Part shown: in pieces, positions 1 to 12,690 of the stretch | How the letters are laid out: every line of letters starts with the position of its first letter | How positions within the stretch are numbered: the stretch's first letter is position 1 | Assembly: GCA_965235115.1 (NCBI GenBank) | Contig: OZ249436.1 | Location: 47,866,001-47,930,000 of the forward strand | Length of the DNA stretch: 64,000 bases | Source of the DNA: Laetmonice hystrix | Taxonomy: Eukaryota | Direction: 5' to 3' | Notes under the pieces: generated by a model | Database searches by the model: none | What the model was told of the DNA's origin: nothing | Seen by the model: the letters and a program-made list of their open reading frames with translations, nothing else | Position numbers and translations under genes: made by a program

Positions 1-3000
1 AAACCATTAAATTATCAAACAAACGACCAAACAACGAAGACAACCCACGTGAAATAGTGTTTCAATCATGGACAAAATCAACCTTCCACAAATGAAAATA
101 CTACCAAAGACAATGAACAAAAGGTTCCCCGTCTCTGAGGTATAAGGTAAGCTACATAAAAATTAAACCCCACAAACATTGTATTCAAACATAAAGACAT
201 TCAAACATTAAGACATTCAAAACATCGAAAACATCAACAGAATCAGGGAAATCAATAAAATCAATCGTCCACCAAAATCATCAAAACAATCACCCATCAG
301 CGTGTGAAAATATCAACCGAGTGGCGACTCAAAACTAAGTATCATACATGACCGTTTGCCTTGAGTATTATTCATAGTTTGTGTGCATGTATAACCGCTT
401 TTTACGAATCCACACCTAACTCCATGATTCGATAGGGTACCATCTTCACCAGTTTAGTAATTATGTTGTCTTTCTTGATGAATTTTTCTTTGTTCAACTG
501 TTTTGATATTTATTCTGCAGCACCTGGCTGCTGTGCATTATACCAACCACATATCTTGTTTAAACGTCGTTATTCGTGTTGTGCTTTGTCTGAACTGTCA
601 TATTCACACCCTGCTCCCTCATTCAGATTTTGCTTCACGAGTCTTCGTGTTTTTTTTTTCTTTTTTTTTACTCTGTCACTATCTTTGATTTTCATTTCCG
701 AAATGGACAGTGACATTGGCTGCATGTGATGGAAACTAAACCCCTTCGCTTTTCCATGTTTCGCCAAAGTATTATCGATGATCAGTTTTTAAAGTCACTT
801 CTTTATACTCAAGTGTCATGCGTCAACGTTTTGTCTTATTACATAATCTTTGAAAAATCACAATAGATCACAAACAATTGACACTTTATTAATTGAGACT
901 TCGTCAACCTTTGAAGTGAACTTAACTTATACTTAACTAAACTGAACCTAACTTATACACAACTTAAACAACATGAAAACTACAAAGCAAGAAACGATCA
1001 AACATAGAAGACAAAACACAGACAATATTTCAAACATAGACACAATCAACTTTCAAATACAACATGTATACAAAAACAATGAAATAATCAGTGTAGGTAC
1101 ATGATGCAAGTATTATACATGGGTCAACCTCAACCCACTCCAACATCCACAGCCCCTAATCTGCTGCAGTAGGCCTACTTGAAAGCAAACCAATACACCT
1201 TGCTCAAGGAATGCAATATTACATGGCGTTTCAAATTCATTCCAGCATAAACATTAACCCCAAGAAACATCTTATTCAAACATTAAAGCATTCAAAACAT
1301 AAATAGAATGGGAGAAATAAAGGAAATCAAATGCACACAAATACGTAATCAGACCAATCAACCACCAGTGTGTGAAAATATCAAACCAGCATAAACATGC
1401 CTAATACATGTACATGTGCGACTCATATACAAGCACCGTATCATACATTTGACTGTTTGGCTTGAGTAGCATTCTCCTGAGCCTTTTTTTTTTATCGTTT
1501 GTGGAATGTAAGAATGTAGTTAAGAAGTTAAAACTTATACTTAACTTAAACTAAACTTAACCTAACTTATGCTTAACTTAAACTAAACCATGTACATGAA
1601 CACAATCAACCTTCACCATATGAAAATACTACATCCAAAAACAGTGAAAGAATCAACAGTGTAGAACACTTATCTCTTTGGATAATCGTATAATTGACGT
1701 CCTCAACGGCAGCAGACAGGAAGGTAAGCACTAAGGTGAACAGTAGACATTCAAGCAAGAGGGTATACCGACAGGTAGGCAAGCTGAAAGGTAGGCCAGC
1801 AGGCAGACAGACACGCAGATTACTGAGCAGGAAGGCAGGCAGGTAGTAAGGCAGACAGACAGGCAGGAGGAAACGATCGCAGACAGGCAGGCAGTCAAGC
1901 AGGCGGTAAGGCAGGCAGGCAGGCGGCCAGGTAGTGAAAGCAGGCACGCAGGAAAGCAGGGGATTGGCCAGGCAGGACGGCACGCAGATTGGCACGCATA
2001 GGCACACCGCTCCACACACTCACCCACCCACCCAAAACCCCACATTACCACATGTCCACCAGAGTACCCAGCGGACCACCCCCCCAACCAGACAACCCGC
2101 CCAACCGGCCACCCATCTGACCACACACCCACCCTGAAACCCATCGATCCACCCGACAAACCCAAAAACCGACCCGAAAAGCAACCCAACCGACCGTCCA
2201 GCAATCGACCAACCACTCAACTCGCCAGCATCCATCTGTTTTCTACACTTCCTACTGAATGGACAGCCGGCATCTTATAACTTGAAAAAAATGAACTGAA
2301 AACAACCATCGATATGTAGAAATATCGTATACAAAATCGGTGTATGCATTTGATTAAGGTACCATACACAACATAAGAACAAGCACACAGAACGTTTTAA
2401 ACATCATTAAAACCGCCATCTATCAGGATATCAACACATGTCTAATACAGTCATACAAGTATCAAACAAGGTATTGAAACTGAAACAACAATAACCTCAG
2501 CATGTGAAAAAATCAAATCAACATGGTCATATACAGTAACTGATGCAAGTATCATACAAGATTATTAAACTTAGAAAATACATCATAACATTAAAACAAG
2601 CAATAATAAACATACAACCAAATAAAATCAATTGGCATATATAAGAAACGACATGCAATTTGTTATAGACCAGTTTAATACTTATCACCCTGTCAACAGT
2701 CATGTTTGGAACAAATCTCATTCTTTTCTGTCAGTATCATATTATTTGTGGAAGATTCTTCTTTTCCTACCCCAAGTCAGTTTAGTATTGATGTTGTCTT
2801 TCTTTTGGCGTTTGACTCTTTACATTTTGTTGCTTTGATATTCATTCTGCAGCACCTGGCTGCTGTGCTGTACCGTTTGTTAACACCCAATATACTATTA
2901 TTTTTGCTCGATTGTACCAATTCTTTATCGGGTATTTTCTTGTGTCACCTGTGTCATTACTTTGCCTATTGTAAGACCTTTGTGGCAATTCCTGGATTTA

Positions 3001-3404
3001 CATCATGCTACAACTTTTTGTTTATCTCATAACCTCAAGAATCAAGAGATCAAACAATAGACATTTTGATTATAAAATGAGCAACTTAAAAAGTTAAAAA
3101 GGAACTTAACGTAACAACCAAACAAAGATCTTAATGATAACTCAAAACTGATACATTGTTTTAAACATGGACCCGAACAATGGTAAGCATGGGAAAATAT
3201 CACATCATTGAAAATCAGTATCACATTCAAAATCAATGCAATCGATAATAAACTTATTTTTTTATGTAGAATCATACATGGGCCAAACCTTGACCCACTC
3301 AACATACAAAGCCCTAAATCTGCTGCAGTGTTTCAAGGCAACCCCCACACAAAAGGAACAAAGACAAACACATACTCTTTCAAACATTTGAATCTGTAGG
3401 TTAT

Positions 3405-3860
3405 TTTTCATGTTGGCACCCTAGGCTTGTGTCTTTTTATGAGCATGTTGACATCCTTGATTTGTTTCTTTTTATCGTTATACTGATGTACCAGTTTTTG
3501 TCAGCGATTTCATGCTTAAACCTGAGCATGTTGGCACCCTTGGTTTGTGTCTTTATTGTTGTACATGTACTCATTCAGTTTTTTTCAGCGATCTCGTGTT
3601 TAACCCTGGGTCATGTTGACGCCCTTGGTTTGTGTCGTTATTGTTATAGTGATGTATCAGTTTTTGTCAGCGATTTCTGTTTAAACATGAGCATGTTAGC
3701 ACCCTTGGTTTGTATTTTTATACTCATTCACCAGTTTTTTCAGCGATTTTATGTTTAAACCTGAGTCATGTTGACACCCTTGGTCTGTGTCTGTATTGTT
3801 ATAGTGATCTGCCAGTTTTTATCAGCGATTTTGTGTTTAAACCCAAGCACGTTGGCACCT
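3405..3860. repeat. Degenerate tandem repeat, ~73-84 bp unit, 5-6 copies
   Basis: tcagcgat...taaac..gagcatgttg.caccct recurs at about 3502, 3586, 3668, 3741 and 3823. Confidence 0.85.
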
Positions 3861-6528
3861 TTGAAATCCTTGAAGAGGCCAAGGCACCTTATTTTCACAC
3901 GTTCAAAGAGTCCTACACTAACATTCAGACTTACATTCAAAACTTAAAAACAAATCACAAGCTATACAATAAACTATGATACACACAATTATGTAATACC
4001 GGTACACATTGATTCAAGCATCATCAAGTTAATACCCCATCATAAAAATAAGAACAGATTAACTCAACAGTGCCCTATCTCAGTGGCAGTGTATGAAAGC
4101 CAAAGAACACCTTATGTTGGCACTGTTCGAATACATTAAAACCTTAGGAACTTAAATTTAAACACAACTTAAACTAATCTTAAGAACAATCTTGCTCTTA
4201 AGATGCCCTTTATCTTTGTAAAAAGTCAAACCTTATTAGATTTCACGGTTACTTTCTCAGGATTAAGAAGGCCAGAGTGTTGCCTGAAAAAAGCAAACAA
4301 AAGATTATACTATGCCCTATTCAGATAGCAAATGATAGTAACTATTCAGCCAACATGACCAATCTGAAGAATACAGGTTAATAAAGCATAGGCCAACCGA
4401 TGGCGCCAAACACGTGCCTTTAGGCATACCAGGTCGTGTGTAGGCCTACATGTGTACCACTGCTTCAGCCATCATCAAACCAAACATTAAACAAAACAAT
4501 TTCCTTTGTGCTGCAGGAAAAAGGAGGGGCAGATTTGTGATAACTGTTCAAAACAATTCTGATCGATGAACAAGATTTATGGATCTAAAAGCCCCAACAA
4601 GTATCACCACGGCAAAATGCTCATTCACGTACCTTTTCTTCATTTCTGTGGAAATTTAATACCTGCAGGTTCTGGGCAATTGCGACTGCTAAGCCTGCAG
4701 ATCTCCATTTCTTTTTGACTGATGGCAACATCGAGGGAGCTCGGTTTACGAATTGGGCAGAGAAATAATATAAGAATTAAGATATGAAACCTGGTAGACA
4801 CTGGTGCCTAACAGTAAGCAGAAAGGAAGGCAGATAGGCAGGCAGTACCATACTAATGAATGCAGGTGAGCAGGCATGTAAGCAGGAGGAAATGTTGGCA
4901 ACAGCCAGCCAAACAGAAAGGTGGGACAACAGTAAGGCAAGGAAGAATCCCCATCTTACTACCAACCAGTATCAGAGGTCAGCAGGAAGGCAAGGATAAG
5001 TCCCCATCCGACTACCAGCCAACCAGTCTACCTGACGGACCACCCCCAACAAATCCCCCACCCACATGACCACCCAAGGCAGGATCCCAGGAAAGCAGAC
5101 AGATAAGTGGGAAGACACAAAGTTAGGCAGGCCGCCATCTAGGAAGGTAGAGCAGCCGTAGGGCAGGGACATGGCCAGGCAGACAAGCACGCAGTTTTGC
5201 AGGGATTGGCCCCACGCAACCACACACTCAGCCACCCACCCACCGACCCCACCTTACCACCAACCAGCCCGACCATCTGACCGACTGCCACCCGGCGTGT
5301 CCACCCACCGACCCGACCACCCATCTGATCACCGACCCAGTTACCCCACGCCAACAAGAAAACCAGCCCATCTAACTACCTACGCTCCCCAACCTACCAA
5401 CCCACTATCTAATCAACCAACCAACTAAGTAATTAACTAATTAATCTATAAATATTTATAATCTAAGCCCTAATAATGCCCCAACAATGAAATTAGGCCT
5501 ATCATCAAGCCAAAAATGCTAATTCACGTACCTTTTCTGCAGATTCGGCAGGTTTTAGCATCTGCTTTCCAAGTTGTCAGCCGTTAGCCATCATCTAGTT
5601 GCATAATGATCACCTCAAGGAAGCTCGGGTTACGCATTTGGGAAGATAAATATTTAAAATATAAAATTAAACCTGAAGGAAGCAGTGTTTAATACTTCAG
5701 CAACTATAACGTTGTCATATTAAGGTCAACAGTTTTTACAGTAAGAAAACACCTTTCGACAGCAAGATATATAACTAAATAATTAAAATATGAAATGAAA
5801 CCTGAAGGGGACAGTTTTTATGGCAGCAAGTGACTGACAAACTTCGTCTCATCGAGGTCCGAATGGAATACGAACCTGAGAGGCCAAGGAGCTCAGAGGC
5901 CTGGCTCACTTGGTCACTGCAATTGTTACGTCAGAAATGTTCACGTAAAGGCATAGAAGCTGAAGGTGAACTAATGTCATAGTCAAGCTACCCACTTCCC
6001 TGGCCACCTGATCTGGCGTCTGAACAACACACGATTACCCACTGGTGACATCTATAAGCATCTTTGGCACAGGATGCCGGCTGTCGGAGCGAGGAGGAAC
6101 CCTTGCCGAACAGTCCCGTACATTGCCCCTCCTCTCTGGGACACACTGCCCCCCTAGACTGTATGGCCAATGAACAGTTTTAACTGTATGAACAGTTGAC
6201 TGCCCGATTCTAACAACTTTTACCAGCAGCATGTGAGGACAGACTACGAAAGGTGGCGGGTTAGGACAAACACCGTCAGAATCCACTGCAGTAGAGTTGA
6301 AGCCTGCTGACCACCCAACACCGACTGTGATGCAACAAATTACAACGCGACAGTTACCCAGACAGCGGCCAGTGTGAACATTCTGACTTGGCAATAAGGT
6401 ATAGTTTAACAAATGTTTATACATCACAGTACAGTGACGTCTACCTAGCATTTGGACAACTTACCGCCTAATCTACCCACCATCTATCAACCAACCAGCT
6501 AAGTAATTAAACAACCAACCAATCATTT

Positions 6529-7560
6529 TCCCTTTTTCGTGACAGGTTCCAGGTAGATGGACAACTGAAAACAAGAAAGGTTGGATGGTTAATAAAATGA
6601 TTTAAAATGATACACACGTAAATCATTTGTCAAAAAACGGAGCCTGTGCCCATTTGTTGATAGGGGCCTGCATTCCTGAAAATATCTGAGAACTGATGTG
6701 AGAATTACTCGGATGATTGGACAATTACTGGAGTAAGGAGTAGCTGGTTCTTAATAGCTCTTCAAAGACAAAAACTTTCAATAATACCCGAATGTGTGCA
6801 CCTGATCGATCAGAAACTCACCTTCATTTTGCAGTGGCCCAAGCTTGAATGAAACCAGCAGTGTAGGCCTACGCTATCTGGAAATAAATAAATGCATAAA
6901 GTAAATAAAAAAAAGTGAATAAAAAAAACAATAAAATATAATAACAAAAAAAAAATAAAATAAACAACCACAACATCCAACCAGCCTATTATGTAGTCAT
7001 AATTTGCTCATAATAGTGATTCTATCTTAAATAGCCTTTGTAGGTGTGGGAAACATGTTTTATCAATTGACGTCATTCATTTCCTTCTAACAGACAGACA
7101 TTGATGTGTATAATTAGTCCATACCTTTGCTCATCTCTGTGGATAATCGTATAATAGACGCCCTCAACGGCAGCAGGCAGGCATGAAGGCAGTTAGTTGC
7201 CCTCTTTCATGACGGGTTCCAGGTAGATGGACAACTGAAAACAAGAATGGTCGGATGGTCTATAAAATGATTTACTGAGACGATTCGAAAATTACTGAAA
7301 TAAGGAATAGCCAGGTTCGCAAGAGCTCTTCAAGGACACAAACTTCCAATAATACCCAAATGTGCACCTGATTGATCAGAAACTCACCTTCATTATGCAG
7401 GAAACCAGCAGTGTAGGCCTACGCTGTATGGAAATAAATATGCATAACCTAAATAAAAAAAGTGAATAAAAATAAGTAAAAAAAAAAATTTAAAAATGAA
7501 AAAAAAAACAAAAAAATATTAAAAATAAAATAAAATAAAATAAATAAAACCGCGACAAAA
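6529..7560. repeat. Local direct duplication (~6529-6970 and ~7198-7555), each copy ending in an A-rich tract
   Basis: ggttccaggtagatggacaactgaaaacaagaa, tcagaaactcaccttcatt and gaaaccagcagtgtaggcctacgct occur in both copies. Confidence 0.85.
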
Positions 7561-7689
7561 CCGTCATGTACAATCTGTTCCCCTAAAATAAATAATTTCT
7601 TTCATTTAAACCAAACGGCATTTGAGATTGGACCTTCCATTTCATCAGGCATGTCCCAGCCTTGCAGTGACCTGGGGCGAATGTCTTTC

Positions 7690-8435
7690 TACAGATAATT
7701 TCGGTCTACCTACCTCCGATTTCAAAGCCTATTCGGTTCTTCCTTGCTACCAGTTGAGGTGCGGTCAAGCAGTTTTTTGTTCAGGTGAAGTTCAATTGGT
7801 TTCAGTGACGGAAAGCTGTGAGCCTACGACCTCGTCTATGAATGCCAGGTAGCAACTGACTACTGCGACTCAACCCCGGTCGAACTGGCTCAAGTTTCCC
7901 ACGACGCATGCGCAAGGTGTCCCCGTCGCTGTGATGAGAGTAGAAATGCAAAACTTTAAAGTAAATGTAAAACTTCTCTCACCTTACAGCGAGGCTACGA
8001 AATATAATCAATCATCGAAATAAGAAAAGATAGGCCTATAATCAACAGGTTCTCTGTCTTTGGGGCAACGTATGAGAATGATCCATGGATACAGGCATAC
8101 AGTATAAATACCACAACATCCAACCAGCCTATAACTGGCTGGTTGGATGTTATAGGCCAACTTCCTACCTCGACATATAACTTCATTGTAAAAGAAAATT
8201 TAGGTCTGCTTACCTCTGATGGCCTGTGTAGTTGTCGGTGGCTACCAACGCAAGTGAGGTTTTGCCAAGCAGTCGAGTGCTTTGTTCAGTTGAAGTTGAA
8301 TTGGTTTCAATGGCGGAAAACTGTGCTCCTATGACCTCTCTCTCTCTCTCTCTCTCTCTGAATGCCAGGTAGTCGACTGGCAACTGGCACGCCGGCCCAA
8401 ACTGGTTCGCATTTTCCCGCCACGCATGCGCATCG
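7690..8435. repeat. Local direct duplication (~7690-7915 and ~8190-8435), each copy ending in an NRF1-like site
   Basis: gttcag.tgaagtt.aattggtttca.tg.cggaa, tgaatgccaggtag and acgcatgcgca occur in both copies. Confidence 0.8.
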
Positions 8436-11318
8436 GTCAGATTTAATTAATATTCATGTATTTCTTTTGCCTCGTCCGCAGGGTCGATGGATTTCATGCT
8501 TCACTGAACTGTTGGAAATGCACACATGCGAACTCCGGTCGTCCAATATCAACACTGAACGGTGATCCACTTTAAATGTCCGGTCATAGAAAATGCAAAA
8601 CGTTGACCGAAATATTATGTCCTTGGGATATTTCATTCATTCACTTATGTTCATCCTCATCAGAGCGAGAACATTCGCCACTGCGGATGATTCAAACAGT
8701 ATAATTGAATATCAGTCCCATTGTCGATGTGTAAAGATATATCGGCCACGTCCTTCGTACTCCGTTGATTGGCTCATGTCACCAATCCCCCGCACTGCGC
8801 ACCTCCCAACTCACCCCCTCCCACCCAAGTGCACGTGTACAGTCTACTGACCGGTCATTGTTTTTGCATACATATCGCCTGGCCCTATCGCCTGGTGTTA
8901 CCCTTTGCCTACCGCCACCTGTAATCCACGTAGGCCTATACGTAGTCGGAGTATAGAGGGGGGGGGGGGGTCTGGATGGCGTTTCCCGTAAGTCAAAGAG
9001 GAACCAAGTCTGTTATGTCATTCACTGGGAGACTTCCATTCGCAGCGACACACGTACCTTTGCTTTTGCCAGCACAGTTGTTTGGTCTAAGTGATGTAAT
9101 ATATATTGGGGGGGGGGGGGGGAGGGGGGTGCTGGACGAGTGCTGTTCACCTCAATATCAGACATTCAGCCTTGTAGAAAATGTCTCACGTATACGATGG
9201 CTCAAAAAATATTTCTGACTCCCGTATAGCGCAAAATAGAGGCCGACAAGCGTGGGCGCCGGAGAATATTCAGAGTTAGGGGGCAGCTTCAGATCTGATA
9301 CCAGCTAGGGGGCAAACGTTTTCACAGAGCTCTACAATTAGATCAAATCCGATGCTTCACATAGATATTATGATTTACAGATGTACATGTAACATTCATC
9401 GATTACAAAGGACAATTATCAATCCGACCTATTATCCCTTAAAGTTGTCTTTCCTTTATGTCAAGAATATCTATGTCTGTGTTGGCCTGTCTCACATCTA
9501 CACTTCTACTGCGAAAAGGTTTATGCCAAGAGACGCATCAGGTAGCGTAAAGGTTCCTGCAACTTGGGCTCTCTCCTCTTCTGTGCCAAAGTGTACGCTC
9601 CTCAAACTGCCCGAAATGTCTGCTACATATTCTCCCATGTGAAATGGCTATTTTATTTTTATTGCAATTTTCACTTTCATGTCGTTTTTTGTTCCCCGAC
9701 GTCGGCGTTTCGGCCGCCATTTTGTCGGTTGCTATAAAGGACGCCAGTCGGTATATAGCATTCCAATTTGGAGTCAATGGAGCGTGTCCTATACCAGAGT
9801 GACCAGTGTCCAGGGCCATTGGCCCGCGCTAAATTTAAATGAAAACTGCGTGGCCCGTGATCCCGCCTCTATTGTTATGGAGTCCTTGGTTTAAACATGT
9901 TTAAAAAAGTGGTATTAGCACATTGTGTGGAATGACACAAGACGGCTACTGACTGATCATTTCGGAGCATTTTACCCTTCATCTAGCGCTAGGGTGACGT
10001 ATGTAGGCTATACTCCCTCGTCCGTGGAGGCACTCATCCAGCCTATACAGGATTTTCAGCAGGGGGGGGGGGGAGTCTCAGGAAATTTTTAAAAATTAGA
10101 AGCTCTAAGACGCGATTCCCCGCCATTTAGGGGCCATTTTAGGGCATTAGATTTTGTGGATTCATCGCTCAACGGGTTCAAAACGGCAGGAATGCTTAGA
10201 AAAAAATCACTCAACGGGTTCAAAACGGTGGGAATGCTTAGAAGAAATCTATGCCCTGTGGGAGCATGGTACTGGCTTGGAGACGTGAAGGAGCTATGAA
10301 ACAGGATGTGACATTATTCTGTTCGGCATTTACAGAAACTTTGATATGAAATGAAACTATACATGTCAGCCTACATATTTGATCATGTCCTGGCGTCAAG
10401 ATTGATGACTTGAAAACAGAAACGTTTGTGTGAAAAGGGACCCGAATTTCCGTGGAATCATGCAGTGCTCAAGCTCCAGCCCACACCACTGATACCTGAC
10501 GTCATGGGGTTTTTATTTTTTTTTGGGGGGGGGGGGGGCAGTCTGGGATTAGCGCTCCACCCCCACCCTTCTCCGCCCCGCCTATACCCGCCCCCATCCA
10601 GACACAGACACAGAACCCAGAGTTAACATTGAAATTTATTTTTAAAAGCCCATCAATATTGCCAAGGGTCAAAAAGGCAACTATAAATCAGAATATATCT
10701 CCTGAATATATCTCATTACATGCGTCTCTGTAACCCCCCCCCCCTTGAAAAAATCCTAGATCCGGGCCTGCACTCTGTCTTGTAAGTATGATTTTTAAAT
10801 TTGGCAATATCAATTCAAAAGATAGTACAAATATACAATTATGATAGAATGAACTAGATGAAGGGGATGGTGTAAACTACAAGAACCCTGCCTCACGATA
10901 GCTGCACTGATGGAGCTAAGTGTTGCAGTCCTTGAGGTCCTTGAGCCTGGGCCGAGAGTGAGATGCAGCACATGAGATGCGGCCGAGATGCGGCCAAGTG
11001 GAGCTCACGCATTGGCGGTACTACGCGATGTCTTTACCCTAATCCTTGGGAGTTGGTACACACAATTTGATGACATTTTCGACATCTCTAGTAACTGAAC
11101 TTTCCAGACACAATGTGTTGTTATACCACATTCTGTATGGCACTAATTTTTTTTGGTCATAGCCTCTAGGAACAACACAAAAGAATATATAGCCTAGTGT
11201 AGTCGAAATGGGGGAGGGGGATAGTTTGAATAATGGTCATAGCGAAAAAAAAAAGATCTAACGAATTTCTGCAGCTGGATTTACGTTGTTTGTAAAAAAT
11301 ATTTACTTTTACTTCTTT

Positions 11319-11595
11319 GTAAATCAGATCGCGGAAAGTAAAGTCCACAGTTATTTAGACGATCAATTTTAATTGTAAATCAGACAGCAGAAAGTAAAGT
11401 CCACAGTTATTTAGACGATCAATTTTAATTGTATATATCGCGGAAAGTAAAGTCCACAGTTATTTAGACGATCAATTTTAATTGTAAATCAGATCGCGGA
11501 AAGTAAAGTCCACAGTTATTTAGACGATCAATTTTAATTGTAAATCAGATCGCAGAAAGTAAAGTCCACAGTTATTTAGACGATCAATTTTAATT
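11319..11595. repeat. Tandem repeat, 56-bp unit, ~5 copies
   Basis: gtaaatcagatcgcggaaagtaaagtccacagttatttagacgatcaattttaatt is repeated. Confidence 0.95.
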
Positions 11596-11910
11596 CAGCG
11601 ATAAAGGAATTGAGTCAATTAGTTCAACTACGACAATTTTGGCTGGGAAAAACACCGGATATTGTAGATGTATATCATTTAAATGTTGTTTGGTTGTCGA
11701 TGGTTCTGTCATCTGACCAACGTTCCACTCTGATAGGAACCGTAGGTCACAGCGCAGTGTTCTCGCTACACCTGACAGATATAGAGAACCTGGGAAACAA
11801 ACTCGGCTCAAGTCACGAAAACCGCTAATTTAGGCGTAAATGGCCGTGCGTGTACCAGTTCAATTTAAGGTCAAGGTTACGGTTACGGTTTGAAGCAGGT
11901 CTTGCGCTAA

Positions 11911-12144
11911 GTTTTGGGAGAGGAACGGAGACCGGGAGTTGGGGGTTATAGGGTTAACTTTCGGACCAGGTTTTGGGAGAGGAACGGAGACCGGGAGTTG
12001 GGGTTATAGGGTTAACTTTCGGACCAGGTTTTGGGAGAGGAACGGAGACCGGGAGTTGGGGTTATAGGGTTAACTTTCGGACCAGGTTTTGGGAGAGGAA
12101 CGGAGACCGGGAGTTGGGGTTATAGGGTTAACTTTCGGACCAGG
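11911..12144. repeat. Tandem repeat, 58-59-bp unit, 4 copies
   Basis: gttttgggagaggaacggagaccgggagttggggttatagggttaactttcggaccag is repeated. Confidence 0.95.
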
Positions 12145-12448
12145 AATAATGATCGAGTTTTCGTTTTTCCACACATAGTTCGTGTTTTACCCGCCCCAGG
12201 CATGCCCCGGGCCGGTAGAGCACTGCTGTGTGAAAGAACGGTTTCTTCCTTCTCCTGCTGGGAGAACTAGAACCCTTCACTGATCCCCAATAAGGAGGGG
12301 AAATAAATAAACATACATGTACAATCGGATCCTTTCACCTTTGCTGAAGGTAAGCTGGTAAAAAATCGGTACATGTATTCTTAAAACACGTGGACCATAC
12401 TGGGAGTCCAGAGATATTGAATTCTGTCACTAATTAGTAATTACATGT

Positions 12449-12690
12449 ACTTCATTTTGGGATCATTCCTTGCGAAATTTGCAGGCAAAATCGGATGATT
12501 CTATTGTATTGAAAACGACATTATCTTTTACCCGGTTTTAGTTTTTTTCGGTCGTTAGTCCCAGGAAAACAAGATTTGTATCATATTTAGGGCAGAAGAT
12601 GAATATCCTATCTGTGCCATCTTGGCCAACCACCAGACCTTCATATGTATATAACATATTTTTTAATACTTTCTGCACATTATCGTGTAT
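12449..12690 (+). repeat. Dispersed repeat fragment, second copy at ~47243-47502
   Basis: Shared acttcattttggg, tcttttaccc, caggaaaac, atttaggg, ccagacc.tcatat and ttttaatactttctgcacattatcg in the same order. Confidence 0.75.

Noticed and set aside
1606..2235. Leu/Cys/Pro- and Gly/Trp-rich ORFs (also 4746-5428)
   Set aside because: They derive from degenerate (ggca)n and (ccac)n simple repeats.
6035..6451. 138-aa minus-strand ORF
   Set aside because: No recognisable domain and no supporting neighbouring exons.
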